The notes under the pieces are model-generated. The model was not told the origin of the DNA, ran no database searches, and was given only the letters and a program-made list of their open reading frames with translations. A program made the translations under genes and the position numbers. This document shows positions 39,401 through 46,429 of a stretch of 64,000 nucleotides of DNA, piece after piece; position 1 is the first letter of the stretch, and each line of letters begins with the position of its first letter. The stretch covers positions 10,409-74,408 of IMG/VR virus record IMGVR_UViG_3300023196_003068; one strand, written 5' to 3'. Origin of the DNA: a virus.

Positions 39401-39999
39401 GTAGCTCCAGCTAATAAAAGTTCCTCAGAAGCAATAGCCCCCATGATACCTACAGTATATCCAGACGATAGCATTGTGTTGGCAAGAAAACCAGCAGTTC
39501 CCTTTCTAGTAGATCCATAGAGATCCATTGTTTCGGCAAATTCTTTATGAATGTTCTCATTGCCAAATGCACCAAAGCCAAATGTATCTCTCCAGCCTAC
39601 ACCTGCTAATTTCCACAACCCCGTCCAAGCCCTTTGTACATCAGCCGATGCGCTTGTATTCTGATTATAAAAGGAAGAGTTATCTCTAAAGGGGTCATAG
39701 CCTAACTTACCATAGGTCTCACTACCATAGGTGAGATATCTATCAATATCTTTTCCAGCAAAATCATAAGCCGCACCAAATCCAGCCATACCAAATACCC
39801 GATCTCCTTGTTGAGCAATAACACTATTTGCTACATGATGTGGGGTTATGACATCATCTGGTATATCGTCTGGATCTGTAATGTTATCTACATTACGGCG
39901 ATGCTGAATACTATTTGCTACATCATAAGGATTTGTAATACTATTCGCTACATCATGCGGAGTTATAATATCTGTGGTGGATTCTTCTTTTTTCGCCAT
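33490..39999 (-). CDS. Large virion cargo protein with Gly/Ala-rich hydrophobic N-terminal segments (possible ejection-channel component)
   Basis: 2169 aa; TVGIMGAIASEELLLAGATALTGGAGAPLTVA and SFASGMLMGTFASPFGASISAV; coiled coils; only Cys is C2167; TAATG overlap with the RNAP gene. Confidence 0.75.
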   Translation of the reverse strand: MAKKEESTTDIITPHDVANSITNPYDVANSIQHRRNVDNITDPDDIPDDVITPHHVANSVIAQQGDRVFGMAGFGAAYDFAGKDIDRYLTYGSETYGKLGYDPFRDNSSFYNQNTSASADVQRAWTGLWKLAGVGWRDTFGFGAFGNENIHKEFAETMDLYGSTRKGTAGFLANTMLSSGYTVGIMGAIASEELLLAGATALTGGAGAPLTVAEGVAVGARGMNYLHRAQKIVKGFDRMIDAINFTKNIKNARLASGVGSTGKYFRGLLPLSNTFDHVRNADKFKDLNGLAKVLEGAGALARDGRKFYMSHAESRLEANLARDEYREEKIREWNATNIGKTMDDTMLDGINADAQVAYDATYSGNFGLIYATNAVTFNGMFKSMRSVNKLFGMHRSLQLTAKRVGGRSVIEAVDPKKVVSNYLKKKISSLTWAGTAKKTLGNSMEGFQEVGQDIISGAGKRYAGGGSHLQGAYWDAFFDSIGDASWHSFASGMLMGTFASPFGASISAVNSFTKGGGYKRFTANEEFHQARERSYETAKVKAKELTKFFNDSGSWSDFANHPLFAQSIAREKMATSAEEGDRKSHEDERAEAFRLGLETLMESGMEEELIDFLKDTHNYTAEELNQAFGRTDITTENKGEFLTKVDKYVGRIKLFKETYDRIEKDVIEPINIQALEVDDPEFMEKKLLYNATKELKRELLFSEDRMHELSGRMDALYYYVTDEKFSTTDLNDILSRDDIQKRIKSLETDIAASEEYQVGTSIKKKGELEALKKYDEALEKYEKLTDNLEATEDVFDEMFKAFNDFYNLTTDTQSSKAAEIVNKEKFQEVWDYMNLRGESKVLQRFINTMKDPVSSLTHIDRIKKSLEEHEEEKERIIENSLKLFYEKKASDDAISDLLKEGIIFNLSQVDDLIKRGIMPSQFFDIKTKKQLTGERLREAQNIVSRRYKKLTGKTITAPGKGWRGKKKGKSDKRNANELIKDYSNGKNKRTTLSTFVKKLLRSKKLNQTERAILSEIIELGGVNDTRVILTDSGDAPIDMNDKGDIVIDVRFSAEDYKGGETAFEYLAISALLQNYFNQKIEANPSLKSDVEDLMEDTKHAFLKRDSKEWTKEELDQHPIFSSVAVFLSESLNNKSLQDVMARVEDISDVEGGNLWKSLKKEVEDMLRGNFDGSVLDRALDLAFLTLTDENIDEVVSQEKPIEPPVEPQESPTEEVVEEPKEEDPKEVSKDETPPIVENELEVINKTLPVLEEELAKLRAELKSTKDVSRILSWRQRNRVKKKIEDAKLKIAELNERRIKIEEDIAVDDSIPIQPGSEVQTKVDTDSSGNIIIDNETSFYQLPEELQQVFAEFHLQEIDPNHKQKPKKDDDDKAIKANKDFDSEPPVLSPMARVESLTEEDVKAIESKMSTGKYIKAMSEWNKKAHDPVKKVDNPSPPPSADENKVAPHVITSGNAIGALDNWVVDVEDGNDPKSLAYLKKYVALGKELDEAGSDWEYGELRAVIDGRLVIDVFANGKRFLMYRSVGEGNKKSKGEWVPLLGFAKNGWFIEMHHEGKDPKFNKYGSDTFDRINQELKEREREFFNPGTEFTAKNLNDFFPGFTELFSEKVVQNRLDILNSITIGDDPSVLLESIAKEYHKKKKESEKKEDADAKSSKDRFNANLELLSSDEELVYAGNDVEVPVRFKIPKSNWELFLQQWPTSALKPKEEFINDAYEFYKQINNLNKSIKKDGLNIDTEDKGAIRDLLDETFDKKTMSTEVARSINASLKKSKSPFRIERYKTATDKVSYRVFKKDPTIKDKKTDSQTLTEKLEEHFGHPTGAISNNLSIDYMVYNFLKNTDIHPNAVPGKKTRSYTAKNSKLKSVGDIINSIFNDEQLEQITALGIDIKKSVSTILKDYATVSNLKDHLVTSMEKEILSFNKMDFYTSPEGLGEVEGKAQDRELYEKTNMFLIANGAFHGDVSTLTEAEMKLYRKMNAVAEAEERVKAIDDVVYESSKKVVGRTEIYRYAKSLRSYIQESTSLKDLIAITSLINDPNFSDKQRAMLSNEVHIAIQNPDFHYKAVETKDGIMRILPSNDMRITMQRYSDGGIVSMNPLSFIGTAQLVLEEGTDYDPSKFDSTIAEEDVNELAEPLSKIFGNLAKSTKDVSEMSPEELNASIIEELNNCKN

Positions 40000-40000
40000 C

Positions 40001-42442
40001 TTATTCTACTGTGAATTTATCTGCGTTAAGATCATCCCATTCTTTTAAAATACTCTTTGATATATCCATCGCTCTTTCAATATCAACTAAAGCATTGGCA
40101 CCTAAAAATAATTCATAATCTTCATAGCCCATAGCGGGTTCTTTAACATTCAAAGTTTTCATCATTAAATATTTAGCACCATGCTTGTCTATTATTTTAT
40201 AGTCTTTAGATGCCTTATATTTTCCATTCCATCCAGAAATATCCCACCCTCCGGAAAGTTTATAGGCCCAATCTTGAGGAGTGTCATAACTTTCTACCGC
40301 ATATTGTTCTTTAGCAGCTTCTGCAGCTTTTGTATCAACATAAAAAGTAAAACTAGTTGGCTTTTTACCTTTAGTTGTAACAACATAAGCCGATTTTCCG
40401 GGTATAGAAGATAATCTAGCAAATCTAACATCAAAACCAAGTCTATTATCCATATTGAAAAGCTTTTTAACTGCCTTCTGTTTATCTTCTGAAGATATTT
40501 TTTCAAGATCTGCTTCTTGTATATTCTGACTATACTCTCCTAGAGCAACGTAACCCGTACCCCCATCCTGAACGCTTTCCTTTATCAAATTAGCAATTGT
40601 CTTAAAATTACTACTCTTACCGCCATTATCATCTTCATGCAACTTAACATTGTTGTGTCCAACAAGAGTCGACCTATTGCGCCCCAAACCTAATGTTCGC
40701 GTAGACTCTATAAATATTTCATGAGGTGAGAGATCATTATAATCTATTTGATATTCATCTCTCATCTCATCATAAGCATCTTTCATATCAGCCCAGGTAT
40801 ATGCCGCAATGTTACCACCAACCGTTTCTCCTGGACTACGATAACTAGGCCCTTCGCCACCATAACCACCACTAGGGATTCTTTTTGTGGGTTCACGATA
40901 ATTACTTTCATACATAGTCCCAGTATACCCCCTTCTAGTACTTGGATGTGTCTTTCCTTCTTTGCGAAATTTTGCTAATACATCACTAAACTCTAACAAC
41001 CCTCCCGCCTCATCAAACATAGTACGCCTTATCATTTGTTTTGGGACACTATATCCTGATTTTGTTTTAAGTAAGAATTCTGCTACAGCCTTCTCTTTTA
41101 ATCTATCAAATACTTCATCCGATTGATCCTGGTCTTTGAGTAAATTTTTATATATATTATCCCATGCAATCTTTTCATTTTCTCCATTTGTGGTGGAATA
41201 ATAGTCAGAATTAAAATCATCGGAGTACTTGTTCATAAGATTTTTCTTTCCATAATAACCCATTCCTCCAATAAGTTTTTTTATATCCCGCCTATTCTCA
41301 TATATAAACTTTTGCCTACTTTCATTATTAGCAGGAAGCTTATTAAGTCCCTCTAATAATTCAGCTGCCTTTGATTTAGCTGCCGTACTAGTTGAAGGAT
41401 CATTCATCCCCCATTTTTGAATATGTTCCAACCCGGCAATACTTAAATTTTTAATAAGTTCTTTATTATTAAAACTACTTGTAGCTCCACCTCCAAAATC
41501 AGATTTTGTATAATTACCAAATCCAAAGTCTAACCAACTATTAATTATAGGAGTCATAGCATTTTTATTAAGCTGCTCCTTCATCTCTCCTTTTGTAGTT
41601 TTAATTTTATTGAAAGTACGTTTTGGATCTGTAATATCTTCAGTATGCGTAGGTATTCCTCCTTCCCAAATTTTCTCTACTGCGAATGGAAAACTCGCTG
41701 TAAGTGATGACTTCCAGGCCATGCCCCACAATGATGTGTAATCTTCTGATACTATATCAGTAGAATATTTATCCTTATCTGCCCCATGCAACGTACTCTC
41801 AATTATCATTTGTTGTGATATCTCTGGAATTTTTTCTGAATCCATTAGCTTCCAACTGCTAGGGCCGCTATCTGAGGGCACAAATCCAATATCAAAATCC
41901 CCACCTTTTACACGCACCACGTCCTGAAAAGCACGAGATTGCTCAAGAAATTGTTTTCTTAGCTCATCTATCTTAGCAAAGTCCTCATCACTTGAGGCAC
42001 TCTTGGAAAGTTTAGCCAGCTGCCAAGAAGTTAGTCCTAGAGCCTTAGATGAACCCTTTAGGGTTGCGGGATCATCCTCATCTGCCTTTATATGACTTAA
42101 AGCAACTTTGTATTGACCATTAAGAGAGTTCATGAACATATCATTCATATCATCATCCCCAAACTTTAAAAAATCCTCTCTCGGCATTTGTGATACTTTC
42201 TTCGTATCTATATCTTCTACGGAGATAGTTCCCATTTTATCAAACCCCCATTGTGGATCACTCCAATTAGTTGTGGGGGGTTCTTCTTCAATAGCCGCCT
42301 TAATCTTAGATACTGCCGATGTTCCGGCACGCAAACCTAATCCCACACCTATCCCTCCACTCGCATCCTTATCACTAGATTTAACAGTCTTGGTAATTGG
42401 TTTAGTTGTGGTAACACCGCTTTTATCATCATCCCCCTTCAT
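40001..42442 (-). CDS. Putative virion cargo protein
   Basis: 813 aa, Cys-free, in the cargo operon. Confidence 0.65.
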   Translation of the reverse strand: MKGDDDKSGVTTTKPITKTVKSSDKDASGGIGVGLGLRAGTSAVSKIKAAIEEEPPTTNWSDPQWGFDKMGTISVEDIDTKKVSQMPREDFLKFGDDDMNDMFMNSLNGQYKVALSHIKADEDDPATLKGSSKALGLTSWQLAKLSKSASSDEDFAKIDELRKQFLEQSRAFQDVVRVKGGDFDIGFVPSDSGPSSWKLMDSEKIPEISQQMIIESTLHGADKDKYSTDIVSEDYTSLWGMAWKSSLTASFPFAVEKIWEGGIPTHTEDITDPKRTFNKIKTTKGEMKEQLNKNAMTPIINSWLDFGFGNYTKSDFGGGATSSFNNKELIKNLSIAGLEHIQKWGMNDPSTSTAAKSKAAELLEGLNKLPANNESRQKFIYENRRDIKKLIGGMGYYGKKNLMNKYSDDFNSDYYSTTNGENEKIAWDNIYKNLLKDQDQSDEVFDRLKEKAVAEFLLKTKSGYSVPKQMIRRTMFDEAGGLLEFSDVLAKFRKEGKTHPSTRRGYTGTMYESNYREPTKRIPSGGYGGEGPSYRSPGETVGGNIAAYTWADMKDAYDEMRDEYQIDYNDLSPHEIFIESTRTLGLGRNRSTLVGHNNVKLHEDDNGGKSSNFKTIANLIKESVQDGGTGYVALGEYSQNIQEADLEKISSEDKQKAVKKLFNMDNRLGFDVRFARLSSIPGKSAYVVTTKGKKPTSFTFYVDTKAAEAAKEQYAVESYDTPQDWAYKLSGGWDISGWNGKYKASKDYKIIDKHGAKYLMMKTLNVKEPAMGYEDYELFLGANALVDIERAMDISKSILKEWDDLNADKFTVE

Positions 42443-42448
42443 TGTTTC

Positions 42449-44329
42449 TTATTTAATAATTACTGCCTGCGTATTTAGTACGTCTATAAAATTAGCATCA
42501 GTAACTCGTTTATATCCACTAGGCCCCACCTCTCCAAATTCGGGACCTTTATGCCAAGTATTATTACCATCTTTGTAATACGTAGCATCTGTCTTATCAC
42601 CAAGCTGCATTACTGCATAATATTTTTCTTTTGAAATTACAGCCCCTTTTGGTTTACTCAAATCACTCATATCCATATTTTTCTTTCCTAATTGAACAAC
42701 AAGATCGTTGTATACGTCAGTAGTTATATTTTCCCAATGAATGTTTCTATTTACTTCATCCGTAGATTCAGCTCCCAATGCTTCCAGAAGTTGTATTGCC
42801 TCTAAGTTTACTTGAGATTGTAATCTATGCTTTTCTGCAACAGCATCCTCCATCGCTTTTCTAACTTTAACTTTATCCCCCTGCTGCGCTGGGTCATTTA
42901 ACCAGGCTACTATTTCCTCCAAACTCGCATTTTGCACATAATTCGACTCACCCTGACCCATTGCTTTCTTCACCGCATCCTCCACGTCATAATTTAACAA
43001 AGCTTTCGATGCTACATCCAATTGAGTACCTTTCTCAGAAATATCCGTATCAACAGTGCTGCCATCTCCATATAAAGCCTTATATCTTGCAACAGCCATT
43101 GCATTTTCTCCTTGTTGTCTTATTTGAGCCATTCTATGCGCAGCCTTAAGATTCTCAAGAGCAAAATCATCTGCTGTCATAGTTATCTCCATGTCACGAT
43201 GAGCTAGAGTTTTTGATGCCTTTAGTAAATCACTATTAAGATAATCCATAGCAAGAGATTCATCTATCATACTAGCTATGGCATTCATGTTCCTTTGGTT
43301 ATACTTGTTCTTTTGAGCACTCTTAATCCTATCGGTAGCCTGCTTTGCCATCATTGCTTGCCCAAGTAATTCATTAAGATCATTTGCCTCTTTAACTTTT
43401 TCTGTATCCTTATCAGTATATACTCCGTTGTCAAAATCCTTTTTAAGAGCCTTAAGCTTCCCCTCTATAGAACTTACATCTAAGTCAACACCATTTGCAA
43501 TTTCTTCAGCATTGGCAATTATCCCTTCTCCTTGTTGTTCAATATAACCAAGAGCCGCATCCTCAAGAGTATTAAACTCTCCGGACTGTACCGCCTGGTG
43601 CGTCCAATCCTTTCTTTTGTTATAAGCCTGAACCTTATACATATCATAATACTGAGGGTTGTCTCTAAAAAGAGCACCAAACATTTCAGTAAGAGGGGAG
43701 ATAACATTTTCGCCATTTACAGTACGGTATATATACTTTCCGCTCGGCTTGTCTAAGGTAACCTTAAGGCCTGCTTCTTCTGCATATTCAATAGCCTTAT
43801 CCATCATGTTATTATATGGTATGAACCTAACGTTGCCCATACCCATGGATTCATCATTAGAAGAATTCTTAAACTCTTCTCGCTTGTAGTTCATATACTT
43901 CATGCCTTCGTCCCAATATTGACCACCACATTTTTCATAATCCTGACAATTCTTAAAACCTTCGGCACGCTGTACTTCACTTTGATAATTTTTAGTCCAG
44001 ACCATATCCTTAACTAAATAATCATTTTCGTAAATCTGATTGAATACATGCTGCGCTTGGGATACATTAGAGTCTAATGATAAATCTAATCCTGCAACTT
44101 TTCTTAAATCGCTATCAATAAGCTTGAAAAATTCTTCACGCGACTCAATATTAATATCCCTGGTAAGTCCCGAATTAAGAATCTTACCATACATATCACT
44201 AAGCTTCTTATGACCAGCATCATATTTAGCCTGGCGAGTAGAGAGTAATTGTGCCTCAAACTGCCAATTAGTTTGAGGTGGTCTAACCGTTGCTACCTTA
44301 TCTTGTACGTTCTGTATATAAGTTGCCAT
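42449..44329 (-). CDS. Putative virion cargo protein (helical)
   Basis: 626 aa; MATYIQ...QAKYD...LDLS N-terminus; position between the C1-like gene and the giant cargo genes. Confidence 0.7.
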   Translation of the reverse strand: MATYIQNVQDKVATVRPPQTNWQFEAQLLSTRQAKYDAGHKKLSDMYGKILNSGLTRDINIESREEFFKLIDSDLRKVAGLDLSLDSNVSQAQHVFNQIYENDYLVKDMVWTKNYQSEVQRAEGFKNCQDYEKCGGQYWDEGMKYMNYKREEFKNSSNDESMGMGNVRFIPYNNMMDKAIEYAEEAGLKVTLDKPSGKYIYRTVNGENVISPLTEMFGALFRDNPQYYDMYKVQAYNKRKDWTHQAVQSGEFNTLEDAALGYIEQQGEGIIANAEEIANGVDLDVSSIEGKLKALKKDFDNGVYTDKDTEKVKEANDLNELLGQAMMAKQATDRIKSAQKNKYNQRNMNAIASMIDESLAMDYLNSDLLKASKTLAHRDMEITMTADDFALENLKAAHRMAQIRQQGENAMAVARYKALYGDGSTVDTDISEKGTQLDVASKALLNYDVEDAVKKAMGQGESNYVQNASLEEIVAWLNDPAQQGDKVKVRKAMEDAVAEKHRLQSQVNLEAIQLLEALGAESTDEVNRNIHWENITTDVYNDLVVQLGKKNMDMSDLSKPKGAVISKEKYYAVMQLGDKTDATYYKDGNNTWHKGPEFGEVGPSGYKRVTDANFIDVLNTQAVIIK

Positions 44330-44344
44330 CTATTAACTTTTTAT

Positions 44345-44352
44345 CAAAAATA
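44345..44352 (-). promoter_or_regulatory. Possible Bacteroidota -7 promoter element
   Basis: TATTTTTG (TAnnTTTG) 15 nt upstream of the ATG at 44329; no clear -33 box. Confidence 0.35.
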
Positions 44353-44377
44353 CTAATTCGTATTAACTATATTTTAG

Positions 44378-46429
44378 TTAACTATTAAAACCAGTATTAT
44401 AATTATCCGCATATGGAGGATTTGTATCTCTTTTACGAACTTCGTATTTACCTGAATGTATTGCCAACGCCATATCTGTAATCTCTTTTTCTGATGCTTC
44501 AGGAAGTTTTCGTCTAAGGTCTGCCCATGTTGTGGCTATTTCTTTTTCCTGAGTACCAGCAGCAGGAGTGTCTTTCCCTCTAATAAACCCATGAACCCCT
44601 GTGTCTGGATCAGTAGCATATTGCTCACCGATAGTAGACTCTAGGTTTAATCTATTTCTGCGCTCATCCCACATTGCAATTTCATTCTCCACAATATTAT
44701 TATCAGCAATTTTTCTAGCATTAGCATATTCTTGCTGGAGAATTGTAGTTTTATCGTGATGCCCTTCAATTGCTTTAGATAATCTTTCCGAAGCTCTGTT
44801 TGCGATTTGTGTATTTGTCAGGTTCTCCCTATTGTAAGCAGCTACATTCTTATCTTCATACTGTCCAACAAGCTTGCCCATCAACTCAAACTGTTGACCA
44901 GCAAGGAAATTAGATACCTGTTGTTGTTGTGGAGCAAACATAGCCTGCTTAGTCCCCGCATCGCTTGTCATTGATTGCATTGAAGCAATTGCTTGGTCAG
45001 GGCTATAATAAATTTGATCCGCATACGTAGTATCTTCAATCGGAGTAAAGGGAGATAGTCGTGGAATATTTGACTTATTCTTTATAGCCTGATGTAACGC
45101 TCGCTTATGATCCCAGCGATAGTCCATGTTGCGCTCCTTTGGTTGAGCATCAATATGGTCAAGATCGCCCCAATTGAATTCTTTATCTAATATCTTTGGG
45201 TCTGGTTGAACTCTCTCAATAGAACCATCTGGATTAAAACGGTATGCCTCATATTCTCCATCGCCTTTCCATAAATACCAATTTCCATCACTCGCTTCAA
45301 TTCCTTTTTCCTTAATATCACTCTGTAATAAATCGTACTTTTCTTTATCCTTGATATCAGTGATATGACTCCATGGTGCGCGATAGTGATAAAGTCCATC
45401 TTGAAATCCTTTAATGATATAATCATCGTCTATAGCCCCGCTTTTATAATAATCCTGAAGCTCCTTGTTCGTGAAATCTTTACCATTCTTCGGAGTGAAT
45501 CCCTGCTGCTTCATCTTCTTTTGAAGTGCCGTATTAGGTCTATGCGACTTTTTTACGCCCTCCCAATTAAGCATGTAATCAACAACGATGTCAGGCATTT
45601 CGGATGCCTTAGCCTGCATTTCTACAATCTTACTATATATCGCCTTACGATCTTTGAACTTATTTTCGGGCAATGCTTCCAACTCTAAACGCTCAAGAGT
45701 TTTATTAAGAGATATAAGCCCCTCTCTTAGATAGGCATCCTTTGGTTTTCTAGGATTAGTTTTCCCCCAATCGTGAGGATGCACATGATACTCTCCTCCA
45801 ATAGTTGCTTCAGGTAGTTCGTCAAACCCTACTTCAATACCATTTTCCGCAAGCAATGGTTGAGAATCACCAGCCTCTCCCTGTTCAGTAGTACCAAACA
45901 GTTGGTCATAATTAATCCCCATTCTTTCCATGAATGGTTCAAAGTGTTTAGAATGTTCATCAGGAGAACCCTTCTTCTCATGAAACTCTTGTATAGCAAA
46001 CAACGCACTCAGCTTAAAGTTGCCATCATCAAGATTTTTCTCAAGAGAATCATTAGTTATCCTATCGTTATTCTCATCTTCAAGTTCCTCCTGCCATTTA
46101 GTAATATCATATTTCTTTGATACCTGAGCAAAGGTCTTAGGCTTCTTTCCGCTTTCATTGAAAAACTTTAGGATGAGTGGGTCTTTAATCTTAAGCTTAT
46201 CTGAGTAAACAATAGTACCATCTGGAACATCCAAAGGAGTTCCCCCTTCACTATGCTTTTTACCACCAATAGCAACAATTTTCTTTTGATTGCTGACACC
46301 ATCTGCAGTAATCATTGTTTCACCCTTCTCCGCTTCTATATTAGCTTCCTCTCTAGGCACGCCTTGATTGGTGTGCATTCCCTCCTGTTCGTCAGGAGTT
46401 TTTTCTATACGAAACTTCTTTTCGCCCAT
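44378..46429 (-). CDS. Cargo protein 1-like virion protein of crAss-like phages
   Basis: ANIEAEKGE...GGKKHSEGGTPL...VYSDKLK motif; downstream of the muzzle gene; Q/N-rich helical C-terminus. Confidence 0.7.
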   Translation of the reverse strand: MGEKKFRIEKTPDEQEGMHTNQGVPREEANIEAEKGETMITADGVSNQKKIVAIGGKKHSEGGTPLDVPDGTIVYSDKLKIKDPLILKFFNESGKKPKTFAQVSKKYDITKWQEELEDENNDRITNDSLEKNLDDGNFKLSALFAIQEFHEKKGSPDEHSKHFEPFMERMGINYDQLFGTTEQGEAGDSQPLLAENGIEVGFDELPEATIGGEYHVHPHDWGKTNPRKPKDAYLREGLISLNKTLERLELEALPENKFKDRKAIYSKIVEMQAKASEMPDIVVDYMLNWEGVKKSHRPNTALQKKMKQQGFTPKNGKDFTNKELQDYYKSGAIDDDYIIKGFQDGLYHYRAPWSHITDIKDKEKYDLLQSDIKEKGIEASDGNWYLWKGDGEYEAYRFNPDGSIERVQPDPKILDKEFNWGDLDHIDAQPKERNMDYRWDHKRALHQAIKNKSNIPRLSPFTPIEDTTYADQIYYSPDQAIASMQSMTSDAGTKQAMFAPQQQQVSNFLAGQQFELMGKLVGQYEDKNVAAYNRENLTNTQIANRASERLSKAIEGHHDKTTILQQEYANARKIADNNIVENEIAMWDERRNRLNLESTIGEQYATDPDTGVHGFIRGKDTPAAGTQEKEIATTWADLRRKLPEASEKEITDMALAIHSGKYEVRKRDTNPPYADNYNTGFNS

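Noticed and set aside
42440-42451. In-frame TAA-GAA-ACA-ATG junction (and TAA-ATT-ATG at 19691-19699) suggesting read-through fusion
   Set aside because: One in three junctions is in frame by chance, TAA is the dominant stop, and other junctions in the operon are out of frame. An ancestral gene split remains possible.
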